DNA of 64,000 nt, from assembly GCA_050290185.1 (NCBI GenBank), contig JBNKHE010000003.1, positions 192,001 to 256,000 on the forward strand, in the 5' to 3' direction. The notes beneath the pieces were generated by a model that worked only from the letters and a program-made list of their open reading frames with translations, did no database searches and was not told the DNA's origin. Source of the stretch: Pontiella sp. Lineage in GTDB: Bacteria > Verrucomicrobiota > Kiritimatiellia > Kiritimatiellales > Pontiellaceae. Below are positions 10,088 to 19,241 of this stretch, in pieces; position 1 is the first letter of the stretch; every line of letters starts with the position of its first letter. The translations under genes were made by a program, and so were the position numbers.

Positions 10088-11617
10088 ATGTCTTCCATCG
10101 GAAATATCGGCGAAAACCGCGTAAACGATCCGGCAACAATCGTCATATTCGGGGCCTCGGGCGACCTGACGCACCGCAAGCTTATCCCTGCGCTCTACAT
10201 TGCCTATGCGCAAAACCTGCTTCCTGAAAAATTTACCATTATCGGTGTTGCCCGGCGCGACTACGATGACGACGTCTTCCGGGGGATGATGGCTTCCTCG
10301 ATCAAGGAATTTTCGCGTGTCGCGGTCGAGGAGGAAGCGGTTGACCGGTTTGTTCAGCATATTCACTATCATAAGGGCGATATATCAACGCCGGAGGCGT
10401 ATGAAGCCTTGAAGGAGCGTTTGCAGGATGTGGAGACCTATCCGGAAAACCGGCTCTACTATCTGTCGATCATTCCGTCGCTGTTCGAAACCGTGGTTCA
10501 GTTGCTGAAGACGACCGATCTGATTGCTCCTCCGGGGGCTGCGTACTGGACACGGGTGGTCATCGAAAAACCCTTTGGCAAGGACTTGCCGAGCGCCAGG
10601 GCGCTCAATGCCGAATTGCTGCGCAACCTCGATGAGTCGCAGATCTACCGTATCGATCATTATCTGGGCAAAGAGACCGTACAGAACATCCTGTCGTTCC
10701 GTTTTGCCAATGCCATCTTCGAGCCGGTTTTCAACCGTAGCTACATCGACCATATCCAGATTACCGCGTCCGAAACCGTCGGCATGGAAATGGGGCGGGG
10801 CGGCTACTACGATGAGTATGGCGCGCTGCGCGATATGATGACCAATCATCTGCTCCAACTGCTCTGTCTCATTACGATGGAGGCACCCGGCGATCTATCG
10901 GCCGAATCGATCCGCAATGAAAAAGTGAAAGTGCTCCATGCCATGCGGCTCGATATCCGCAAAAATATTTCTGACGCGGTCTGTCGTGGCCAGTATGGAA
11001 AGGGAGTCGATTCCGATGGAAAGCAGATCAAAGGCTATCTGGAAGAAGACCGCATTGATAAACATTCCAACACGGAAACATTCGCGGCCCTTCGTCTTTC
11101 CATCAACAACTGGCGTTGGGCCGGCGTACCGATCCTGATGCGCACCGGCAAGCGCATGGCGAAGAAAACCACGGAGGTCGTTGTTCAATTCAAGGTGCCG
11201 CCGCTCCAGCTTTTCCAGCAGGTCGAATGCGAAGACGATGTCTGCGATATTACCCGCATCAAGCCCAACACGTTGATCTTCCAGATCCAGCCGAACGAGG
11301 GGATCTTTCTGAAAGTCGACACCAAACGGCCCGGAATGCGCTTTGTGGTGGAGGATGTGAAGATGGATTTTTCCTATTCAGGCACTTGGAACAAGTCGTT
11401 GCCCGAAGCCTACGAACGACTCCTGCTTGATACGTTGCATGGGGACTCCACGCTCTTTACCCGTTCCGACGAAGTCGAGGCCGAGTGGCACGTGGTTCAA
11501 CCTGTACTCGACAATATTGAGCATCTGAAGCCTTACACCTATCCGCCGGGTGAATGGGGCATGCCCGAAGCCGACTGGCTATTCCACGGGGTGGAAGGTG
11601 AGTGGCGGAATAAATAA
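10088..11617 (+). CDS. zwf: Glucose-6-phosphate 1-dehydrogenase
   Basis: GASGDL, EKPFG, RIDHYLGKE motifs. Confidence 0.95.
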   Translation: MSSIGNIGENRVNDPATIVIFGASGDLTHRKLIPALYIAYAQNLLPEKFTIIGVARRDYDDDVFRGMMASSIKEFSRVAVEEEAVDRFVQHIHYHKGDISTPEAYEALKERLQDVETYPENRLYYLSIIPSLFETVVQLLKTTDLIAPPGAAYWTRVVIEKPFGKDLPSARALNAELLRNLDESQIYRIDHYLGKETVQNILSFRFANAIFEPVFNRSYIDHIQITASETVGMEMGRGGYYDEYGALRDMMTNHLLQLLCLITMEAPGDLSAESIRNEKVKVLHAMRLDIRKNISDAVCRGQYGKGVDSDGKQIKGYLEEDRIDKHSNTETFAALRLSINNWRWAGVPILMRTGKRMAKKTTEVVVQFKVPPLQLFQQVECEDDVCDITRIKPNTLIFQIQPNEGIFLKVDTKRPGMRFVVEDVKMDFSYSGTWNKSLPEAYERLLLDTLHGDSTLFTRSDEVEAEWHVVQPVLDNIEHLKPYTYPPGEWGMPEADWLFHGVEGEWRNK

Positions 11618-11680
11618 CGACGAGGCAATAGGCACACTGCATTGGATACGAGGGATAAAACGGAGAGGTTGCGAGTCGGT

Positions 11681-12001
11681 ATGGACACGTTGTTTGTTTA
11701 TGTGACGGTAAAGGACGGGGCCGAAGCAAAACTGATCGCACGGACCGTGGTCGGGGAGCGGTTGGCCGCCTGTGCAAATCTGTTGGGTGGTATCGAATCC
11801 ATCTACTGGTGGCAGGGAAAGGTCTGTGAGGATAGCGAAGTGGCCCTCATTCTTAAAACCTCCGCGGAGCGAAAAGATGAATTGATCGACCGGATCAAGG
11901 AACTGCATTCCTACGAATGCCCCTGCATCGTCTGCCTCCCGATCGCCGACGGAAACCACGCCTTCCTTAACTGGATCGCCGCCGAAACCGGGCATTGTTA
12001 G
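11681..12001 (+). CDS. cutA: Divalent-cation tolerance protein CutA
   Basis: ERLAACAN, SIYWWQGK, HSYECPCI. Confidence 0.9.
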   Translation: MDTLFVYVTVKDGAEAKLIARTVVGERLAACANLLGGIESIYWWQGKVCEDSEVALILKTSAERKDELIDRIKELHSYECPCIVCLPIADGNHAFLNWIAAETGHC

Positions 12002-12121
12002 TCATCTCTATCCCAATCCGATAATGTTGATCCGCTCGGTTCGCTCTCTCTATTTTATTCGAAACCTATGTTTCGCTGTGCAGGGTCTTCCTGCACCAAC
12101 ATCGCAAGGATCTGGAGTTAT

Positions 12122-13399
12122 CTACTTCGCGACCTTTGCATCCTTCTGTTTAAAGCGGGTTCCGGCTTCGCCGGGTTGGAATGAGGGCTTGTTGATATAG
12201 ATATCGTCATCCGTTCCATCGATGCCGTCCGGTCCGATGCAATAGAATCGATGGTGGATTTCGTCAAAGGCATACGCAGCACCTGTGTAGGGATCATGCA
12301 ATTCTAACATCTCATCCTGTCGTTTGTGGATTTCAAGCGCCAACAGCTCGCTTTTGACCTGTGTTGCAATGGCATGGTCATACGCTTTGGTAAGCGAGGG
12401 GATCATGATCGCAATGATCAATCTTCCTGATCCATTCCAGGGATTATATGCGCGGATGCCCGAGAATAGATTGTCGTTTTGTGTGCTGGCGTGCACGATT
12501 TGGGGTTTTGGATCGTCACCTCGAGTGCAGGTTTTCAGCATCGGTTCGTAGAAATTCTGGAAATATTGCAGGGTTTGGTTGGGTTTGAAGAAGAATGATT
12601 TTGTGGAAGCCCATTTAGGAATCGATCCGGATTCGCGCATGGATTGGACAAGTTCTTTTTGCATAGATATATTTACTACATATTGTGCTCCAGCATATTC
12701 GGATAACAGGGGGCGAAACCATGAGATGTCTTCATCGGACAAAGGCAGAAAAACTTCATTCAGAATCTTGAGCTGATCCTGCGTACAGTCCGAATTGCGA
12801 ATGATCAGATCTGCGGTCTGTAGATCCTTATTCGCCATAGCTATAAAGATCATGCGGGAAACCAGAGTCGTCGAGTAGGGCAGGCTTTTTCTAACCATGG
12901 TATAATGCTGCACGAGTATATTGATCCCTTCTAAAACATGATTCTGTTGGGACTGTAATGTCGCATAGACACTATAAAGCTGGGTTAGTTTGCGTTGCAT
13001 CTGGAATGCCGGAAGGGGCATTTCTATCATATCCGGTTGTTCTTCCGGATTGTTCCAGTCGGTGATGAACGGAAATTGGTTCAGGTCGTTGATGTATTGC
13101 CGAGCATCTTCACATCCGACCCAGGCTTGCTCAATCGCTTCGGCATGGGGGAGTAGATTACTCCAGGTACCCGCAAGTTCCAGTATGTCGTCGGAAAGTG
13201 CGATGTGTAGTTCGTTTGTTCCGTTTTTCCGATAGTGCATCAGCGTGTCGTAGCTGGCCGCCACTTCGGCGGGGACTTTGAGGTTGTGCCAGGTGTAGTT
13301 GATTTCGGGGGACGGGCAGTCATAGACCGATGCGCCAATAAGTCCTGCGGTTACGCATCCGCCCACCCCTGACCAGATCCAGGCTGTTTTCGTTTTCAT
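12122..13399 (-). CDS. Membrane-anchored hypothetical protein with GspG/pseudopilin-like C-terminal motif
   Basis: N-terminal hydrophobic segment; C-terminal DPYTG..Y......FYCIGPDGIDGTDDDI. Confidence 0.6.
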   Translation of the reverse strand: MKTKTAWIWSGVGGCVTAGLIGASVYDCPSPEINYTWHNLKVPAEVAASYDTLMHYRKNGTNELHIALSDDILELAGTWSNLLPHAEAIEQAWVGCEDARQYINDLNQFPFITDWNNPEEQPDMIEMPLPAFQMQRKLTQLYSVYATLQSQQNHVLEGINILVQHYTMVRKSLPYSTTLVSRMIFIAMANKDLQTADLIIRNSDCTQDQLKILNEVFLPLSDEDISWFRPLLSEYAGAQYVVNISMQKELVQSMRESGSIPKWASTKSFFFKPNQTLQYFQNFYEPMLKTCTRGDDPKPQIVHASTQNDNLFSGIRAYNPWNGSGRLIIAIMIPSLTKAYDHAIATQVKSELLALEIHKRQDEMLELHDPYTGAAYAFDEIHHRFYCIGPDGIDGTDDDIYINKPSFQPGEAGTRFKQKDAKVAK

Positions 13400-13411
13400 A
13401 GGTTTGAAAAG

Positions 13412-13427
13412 AGCATGTTATGTGCCG
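13412..13427 (-). promoter_or_regulatory. Candidate sigma-54 promoter for the 12122-13399 gene
   Basis: Minus strand CGGCAC-ATAAC-ATGCT (GG-N10-GC), 12 nt before the ATG. Confidence 0.5.
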
Positions 13428-13488
13428 CGAATCAAAGTTTTGATAAATACTTGCCGTCAACGCCGGATGGATGGAAGTTATCCAGCTT

Positions 13489-14232
13489 ATGTCGACACGT
13501 TATAAAATCAAGATTTCGTACGATGGCACGAACTATTCGGGCTGGCAGGTGCAGCCGCACCATCGCACGGTGCAGGGCGAACTTGAGCGCCTGATTGCGG
13601 AGATGACGAATCAGAAGCATGTGCGCATCGAGTCGTCGGGGCGCACGGATACCGGCGTACATGCCCGCGCCCAAGTGGCGCATTTCGACCTGAAAAAGCC
13701 GATTAATCCCAAATATTTCCAGCGGGGACTCAATGCCCAGCTCGATCGCGATATTCGTGTGGTAACTTGCGAGCCGGTATCGTCCGATTTCCACGCGCGC
13801 TTCAGTGCGGTGGGCAAGGAATACCGCTATTTCATCTACAACGGCCTGATCGTTCCGCCCACGAAACGGCTCTACCGCTTGCAGGAAGGCCGTCCACTCG
13901 ACGTTGATCGCATGCGTCGGGCAGCCGATCTGTTGGTGGGCGAGCACGATTTTGCGCCGTTTGCGGCGAACCGCAAGGTGCCGATAAAAAGCACGGTGCG
14001 GACGATCCATTCGTTCCATGTCCGCAAGCACGGTGCCGATATCACGCTGGAAGTGCAGGGCAATGGATTCCTCTACAAGATGGTGCGCGGCCTTGCCGGT
14101 TTTTTGATCCATGTCGGCATGGGGCGGTTGGAGCCCGAAGCGGTGCACGATATTCTGGAACATGGGAAACGAACGGCTAAGGTGCAGACCGCCCAGCCAC
14201 ACGGCCTTTTCTTGTGGAAAGTCTTTTATTGA
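13489..14232 (+). CDS. truA: tRNA pseudouridine(38-40) synthase
   Basis: YDGTNYSGWQ, SGRTDTGVHA, FLYKMVR. Confidence 0.95.
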   Translation: MSTRYKIKISYDGTNYSGWQVQPHHRTVQGELERLIAEMTNQKHVRIESSGRTDTGVHARAQVAHFDLKKPINPKYFQRGLNAQLDRDIRVVTCEPVSSDFHARFSAVGKEYRYFIYNGLIVPPTKRLYRLQEGRPLDVDRMRRAADLLVGEHDFAPFAANRKVPIKSTVRTIHSFHVRKHGADITLEVQGNGFLYKMVRGLAGFLIHVGMGRLEPEAVHDILEHGKRTAKVQTAQPHGLFLWKVFY

Positions 14233-14490
14233 TCCTCTTTGTATTTCGGGTGGGCAGAAACCCGCGATAAAGAGTTTTCCGAATGTCTGGTTTTGGTCCG
14301 GGATGAACGCGGAGAGATCATTGCGTACAACTCCCGCCAGGAAATGGCTGTTCAATAATTTGGATACGCTGGGGACATTGCCGATTGGTGCCTGGGTTGA
14401 ATAATACCTGTTCCAGCGTACATCCAACCTCTCCAAAAGACACAAAGGCCGGAGAGCCACGCCGCTATTTTTTTTAGTAATATTCGAAAG

Positions 14491-14525
14491 AAAAAGCCCT
14501 GCAATTCATTGAATTGCAGGGCTTT
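14491..14525 (-). terminator. Intrinsic terminator after tRNA-Lys
   Basis: AAAGCCCTGCAATTCA/TGAATTGCAGGGCTTT palindrome; A-run on + strand gives the U-tail on minus. Confidence 0.8.
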
Positions 14526-14530
14526 AGTAT

Positions 14531-14606
14531 TGGTGAGCCGGCCGGGGCTCGAACCCGGGACCCTTTGATTAAAAGTCAAATGCTCTACCGACTGAGCTAC
14601 CGGCCC
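14531..14606 (-). tRNA. tRNA-Lys (anticodon UUU)
   Basis: Reverse complement GGGCCGGTAGCTCAGTCGGTAGAGCATTTGACTTTTAATCAAAGGGTCCCGGGTTCGAGCCCCGGCCGGCTCACCA; 76 nt, cloverleaf, encoded CCA. Confidence 0.97.
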
Positions 14607-14780
14607 AAAATTGGGCATCCGAGCGGGTGTTTTTTCTGACTTCCCGCAAAGGAGGAGGTTTTCTACAGAATCACCCTAGGCAGAGCAAGAGCTAATTATT
14701 TGTTTTCTTTTCATTCCCATGTCCATGTTTATTCCTTAAGCTGTTTACAAGCATGGGCAGTAGCGTGAAGGGAGATCAGT

Positions 14781-16019
14781 GTGAATGTAGTGGGATTGAT
14801 TTTAGGTGGCGGGGCTGGGAGTCGATTGCAACCCTTGACGAAGGAGCGCTCAAAGCCGGCGGTTCCGATTGCCGGGAAATACCGGTTGGTCGATATTCCA
14901 ATCAGCAACTGCATCAACAGCGGCATCCGCAAGATCTTCCTGCTCACCCAATATAACAGTGTGTCGCTCCACCAGCATATCTCTGCCACGTTCCGTTTTG
15001 ATCAGTTTAGCGGCGGACATGTTCGGGTTCTTGCCGCTGAGCAGACGCCGGATTCCGATGGCTGGTTCCAGGGGACCGCCGACGCCGTGCGGCGCTCGAT
15101 ACGCTATTTTATGGATGACCGCCCGGATATCGTGGTGATCCTGGCCGGTGACCAGCTCTATCGCATGAATCTCAGTGATGTCATCGAAGCCCATATTAAG
15201 AATAATGCCGATATAACCATAAGCACCAAACCGGTCAATCGCGAGGAAACCGGGGCACTGGGGATTATGCAGACCGATAAGCACGGTCAGATCATTCGTT
15301 TTGTCGAAAAGCCCGCCGATTCTCCTTTGTTGGATGGGTTGCAGGCTCCTATGTATGGAGAAGAACGCTATCTGGCCAGCATGGGCATCTATGTTTTTAA
15401 CATGGATGTTTTAGCCGAACTGCTTCACCGCAATGCCGAATCGGACTTTGGCAAGCATATCATTCCAGGAGCGATTGAATCGCATAAGGTATACAGCTAT
15501 ATCTTTGACGAATACTGGGAAGATATCGGAACGATCCGATCCTTTTGGGCAGCCAACCTTGCGTTGGCCGATGCTCTGCCCAGTTTTTCATTCTATGAAA
15601 TGAATGCCCCGATTTATACCAACATGCGCTACCTGCCTCCTTCCAAGATTAACCAGTGCGATGTCAGCCGTTCCCTGTTGTCCGATGGATGCATCATTTC
15701 CGGAGAGCGGATCGTACATTCGGTCGTCGGACTGCGTGCAAAGGTGGGCGAGGGGACAAGCATTGAGGATTCGATTATCATGGGGGCTGATTATTACGAG
15801 CATGGCCCGATTGAACACCCCTCGGGAATTCCCATGGGGATCGGGAGGAACTGCACCGTTAAACAGGCGATTATCGATAAGAATGTCCGTGTCGGCGACG
15901 GCGTGGTTATTACGCCCGACGGCAAGCATTCCGATGTGGAAACGGAGCTGTATTGGATCCGCGATGGCATCATCGTCATACCCAAGAATACCATCATTCC
16001 GGCGGGGACCGTTCTTTAA
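14781..16019 (+). CDS. glgC: Glucose-1-phosphate adenylyltransferase
   Basis: GGGAGSRL, KPAVPIAGKYRLVDIPISNC, WFQGTADAVR, FVEKP. Confidence 0.95.
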   Translation: MNVVGLILGGGAGSRLQPLTKERSKPAVPIAGKYRLVDIPISNCINSGIRKIFLLTQYNSVSLHQHISATFRFDQFSGGHVRVLAAEQTPDSDGWFQGTADAVRRSIRYFMDDRPDIVVILAGDQLYRMNLSDVIEAHIKNNADITISTKPVNREETGALGIMQTDKHGQIIRFVEKPADSPLLDGLQAPMYGEERYLASMGIYVFNMDVLAELLHRNAESDFGKHIIPGAIESHKVYSYIFDEYWEDIGTIRSFWAANLALADALPSFSFYEMNAPIYTNMRYLPPSKINQCDVSRSLLSDGCIISGERIVHSVVGLRAKVGEGTSIEDSIIMGADYYEHGPIEHPSGIPMGIGRNCTVKQAIIDKNVRVGDGVVITPDGKHSDVETELYWIRDGIIVIPKNTIIPAGTVL

Positions 16020-16049
16020 GCCTCTTGGGAGTGGATGGAAAATCAAGGC

Positions 16050-16078
16050 TTGCGCAAGATACTGCCATCGGGTAGGTT
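16050..16078 (+). promoter_or_regulatory. Candidate sigma-70 promoter
   Basis: TTGCGC-N17-TAGGTT upstream of the 16203 gene. Confidence 0.4.
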
Positions 16079-16202
16079 TTCGCACTTTAACCCGCACAAC
16101 AACACACCGCCAACCCACGCAAAACCCATTGATGAATGCGTATGGCAGGAACGACGGTGTAGGTGCATGGAACAATGAAAACAAAACAAAAAGGAATATA
16201 AC

Positions 16203-16769
16203 ATGGGTTTATTCAACCTGTTCAAACCAGCCGAAACCGTGCTGGTAGTCGATGTCGTGGCGCTACACGAGTCTCTGGGCATGAAGGGCAATATTGCACC
16301 GCGCAACCAACTGCAAACCTTCCGCCGTCTGGCCCGGTTTGCTGATCGTGAAAAGGTGACGGTCGTTGCCGTATCCTCCGGCTCGCCGTTGAACAAGGCG
16401 CCGGCCGGCAAGAAATTCGAAGGAGTCGTCATCCTCTACAGCAAGTCTCTCGGCGATCACTCCAAATATCTGGTAAAAACCGTACGTTCAAAAGGGGCCG
16501 GAGCCATCCTTGTTTCGGGAGGCGCAGAAGCGGAAAAGCTGCTGGGCGGTTCTGCCAAGAAGATGCGAATCAGTACGTTCCGCAAGGCATTCGATACCGG
16601 CGGTGGCGAGTCGGATCAGCCGGACCGCAACAGCGGGCGCGGCAACCGTCCTCCCCGGCGAAACAAACCGAAGCCCGTGCAAAACCAAAACGAGCCGAAG
16701 CCTGAGCGCCGACCCAAGGAAAGTTCCCAGGCTGATGCGATCAATGAGCTGATTGATCTAGTCGACTAG
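16203..16769 (+). CDS. Hypothetical protein, degenerate NYN/PIN (YacP-like) fold with a basic disordered tail
   Basis: Strand/helix pattern VLVVD, VTVVAVSSG, GVVILYS, AILVSG matches YacP-like NYN spacing by eye; RBS AAGGA. Confidence 0.55.
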   Translation: MGLFNLFKPAETVLVVDVVALHESLGMKGNIAPRNQLQTFRRLARFADREKVTVVAVSSGSPLNKAPAGKKFEGVVILYSKSLGDHSKYLVKTVRSKGAGAILVSGGAEAEKLLGGSAKKMRISTFRKAFDTGGGESDQPDRNSGRGNRPPRRNKPKPVQNQNEPKPERRPKESSQADAINELIDLVD

Positions 16770-16777
16770 GCGGTGCC

Positions 16778-17443
16778 ATGACGGCATCCGGCCGCTATAT
16801 CTTTTGCGATATCGATGGCACGCTTCTGCGTGCCAAGGGCTCTGGGCGGATTGCCTTCGGTGAAGCCTTCCGCGAAGCCTACGGTGTTCCTGTAGACATG
16901 TCTCATATCAACTTTGCCGGAGCCACCGATATCCGAGTGGTGGAGCAATTGTTGCGCGAGAAAGGACTTCAGTCCGATCCGGGGAAAACCAGCTGCTTCT
17001 TCGAGTTGCTGCCGGTTTATCTGGATCGAAGCATGACCCCGTTCCCTCCGACGGTTTATCCGGGCGTTGAAATGTTTCTGAAGCGCGTGACGAAGCATTG
17101 GAGCCTCGGTCTGGTGACGGGGAATATCCGCGCCTGTGCCTATCTGAAACTTAAGCATGGCGGCATTGACCGCTATTTTGGCGAGATTGGCGGGTTTGGT
17201 GATGACGATGGAGACCGCAACCGTATGGCGGCCATCGCGCTCGAACGGGCAGGCAGTCCATCCGGTTCATTCCTGCTAGGTGATACACCATCGGACATTG
17301 AGGCTGCGCGTTCGAACGGGATGGTTTCCGTGGCCGTGTGCAATGGTCAGTTTGACCGGGCCACGCTGGAGGCGGAAAATCCAGATATCGTGGTGGACTC
17401 GTTCGAGGATGCCGAGCATCTGTTCCAGGCGTTGCAGGTATGA
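16778..17443 (+). CDS. HAD-superfamily hydrolase (phosphoglycolate phosphatase-like)
   Basis: DIDGTL motif I, TGN motif II, GDTPSD motif IV. Confidence 0.9.
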   Translation: MTASGRYIFCDIDGTLLRAKGSGRIAFGEAFREAYGVPVDMSHINFAGATDIRVVEQLLREKGLQSDPGKTSCFFELLPVYLDRSMTPFPPTVYPGVEMFLKRVTKHWSLGLVTGNIRACAYLKLKHGGIDRYFGEIGGFGDDDGDRNRMAAIALERAGSPSGSFLLGDTPSDIEAARSNGMVSVAVCNGQFDRATLEAENPDIVVDSFEDAEHLFQALQV

Positions 17444-18441
17444 GCACACCTTTCGAAAACTTAACGCCGGATCGTATTCTCGAGGCCATTGAAACCGGTA
17501 TGGACTGCCAGCTGACCGGCTTGACGTCTCCGCTGCCCAGTTATATCAACCGCGTCTACGAACTCGAGACTGTTGGCGAACAACGCTTGATTGCCAAGTT
17601 TTATAGACCGGGGCGCTGGCAACGAGCCGCCTTGCAGGACGAGCACGATTTTGTGCTCGATTGTGCCGCCGATGAAATCCCCGCAGTGGTGCCGATGGAA
17701 CTGGCCAACGGAAAGACCATTGGCGAATACGAGGGCATTCTGTATGCCGTCTTTCCCAAGAAGTCAGGTCGGGAGATGGATTTACATACGGATGAAGGGT
17801 GGCGCCGTCTGGGGAGCCTGGTGGGACGGATCCATCTCGCAGGATCGAAGCGTGGGGCGTTGAACCGGTTGCGGATGCATCCTGAAGCAACCACGATGCC
17901 GGAGATTGATGTTCTACTGAATGGCCGCTTCATGTCGCCGCACCAGTCGGACCGTTTCAAGGACGTCACCAGCCGTATTGTTGAAATTGCCGTTCGCGAG
18001 TTCGAGGGCGTCGAACTGCAGCGCATCCATGGCGACTGCCATCGGGCTAATATTCTGGAGCGTCCCGGCGAAGGATTGATGGTGATTGATTTTGATGACA
18101 TGGTCATGGGGCCGGCGGTGCAGGATATCTGGTTGCTGTTGCCGGGGAATTCCAATAGCTGCAGGCATGAAATCAACCTGATCCTTGAGGGCTACGAGCA
18201 GTTTGTTGATTTTGACGACCGGCAACTGCGGCTGGTGGAAATCCTGCGGGCCATGCGCATTATATATTTTCTTTCGTGGTGCAGCACACAGGTGGATGAT
18301 TTTAAATTCCAATCCAATTTTCCGGATTGGGGCAGTGAAATGTTCTGGCAACGCGAGATCGCCGATCTGGAGCATCAGTACCACGCCATACTCAATGACG
18401 AGCGGTTAAATGGCGCTGCGGGATCCTTCTTGGGAAATTAA
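17440..18441 (+). CDS. srkA: Stress-response Ser/Thr kinase SrkA/RdoA (YihE)
   Basis: SYINRVY, KFYRPGRW, IHGDCHRANIL, IDFDD, GPAVQDIW. Confidence 0.9.
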   Translation: MSTPFENLTPDRILEAIETGMDCQLTGLTSPLPSYINRVYELETVGEQRLIAKFYRPGRWQRAALQDEHDFVLDCAADEIPAVVPMELANGKTIGEYEGILYAVFPKKSGREMDLHTDEGWRRLGSLVGRIHLAGSKRGALNRLRMHPEATTMPEIDVLLNGRFMSPHQSDRFKDVTSRIVEIAVREFEGVELQRIHGDCHRANILERPGEGLMVIDFDDMVMGPAVQDIWLLLPGNSNSCRHEINLILEGYEQFVDFDDRQLRLVEILRAMRIIYFLSWCSTQVDDFKFQSNFPDWGSEMFWQREIADLEHQYHAILNDERLNGAAGSFLGN

Positions 18442-18463
18442 TGATATGGCGCACGACTAACTC

Positions 18464-18540
18464 CGTACTGTGTATTGATTCTTATGGCTCAACGGGTAGT
18501 CTGCTTCAATACGCAATACGCAATACGCAATACGCAATAG
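18464..18540. repeat. Heptamer tandem repeat (CAATACG)x4 with an upstream inverted partner
   Basis: CAATACG x4 at 18507-18534; CGTACTGTGTATTGA at 18464-18478 is near-complementary. Confidence 0.85.
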
Positions 18541-18549
18541 GAATAATTT

Positions 18550-19239
18550 ATGAGCAGAAGCAAAAAATACAACATTAGCTGTCCGTCCTGCGGCCTGCAG
18601 CAGGAGGTGGAACTGTATGAAGCCGTCAATGTATCGACGGACCCGCATCTGAAGGATGCGCTGATGAAAAACTTTCTCAATCGCGTGGAGTGTCCTGACT
18701 GCGCGGCTAACTTTCGTGTCGACATGCCTTTGCTCTACAGCGATCCGGAGCACAATATCCTGATTCATTGGATGCCTGAAACCGAAGAATACTCACGGGA
18801 ACAGATTCTGGAGGATTTCGATCAAACGCTCGGTGAGATCAACGAGATCATGCCGGACGATGTGGCTGTGCCGCGTGTTTGTCTGGTGCTATCCCGCGTG
18901 GAGCTGGTGGAACTGATCTTCATGATCGAAGCCGGCTTCAACCAGCGGGTGGTGGAATACGTCAAGTACAGCATCTATACCCGCAATCTGGAAAAGGTCG
19001 ATCCGCACCGCTATCGTCTCCTGCTCAATGTGGAGGATTCCTCCGACGAGGAACTGTGCTTTGCTACTCAGGATGTCGGGACTCTGGATCTGGTCGGCAT
19101 TCTGCGCTATGGCCGGGCGGCGTATCAATCGATGTGCGACCTATATGAGGAAAATCCGGACGAGTTTATCGACATGTTTCCGGGGCCGTGCATCAGTGCG
19201 CGCAACCTATTGCTCGATGACGACGAGGTCGGGGCCTGA
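18550..19239 (+). CDS. CpXC domain protein
   Basis: ISCPSCG...VNV..DP.L...ECPDC...LLYSD pattern. Confidence 0.8.
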   Translation: MSRSKKYNISCPSCGLQQEVELYEAVNVSTDPHLKDALMKNFLNRVECPDCAANFRVDMPLLYSDPEHNILIHWMPETEEYSREQILEDFDQTLGEINEIMPDDVAVPRVCLVLSRVELVELIFMIEAGFNQRVVEYVKYSIYTRNLEKVDPHRYRLLLNVEDSSDEELCFATQDVGTLDLVGILRYGRAAYQSMCDLYEENPDEFIDMFPGPCISARNLLLDDDEVGA

Positions 19240-19241
19240 AT

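Noticed and set aside
12002..12121. Possible attC site downstream of the orphan 12122-13399 gene (also the hairpin at 14360-14427)
   Set aside because: No RYYYAAC...GTTRRRY-bounded hairpin; the 14360 hairpin has the opposite end polarity
14230..14232. Selenocysteine or readthrough at the truA TGA
   Set aside because: TruA ends at its normal C-terminus (GLFLWKVFY) and no SECIS-like hairpin is evident
18507..18540. Tandem repeat considered as a CRISPR array
   Set aside because: 7-nt units with no spacers and no cas genes in the window
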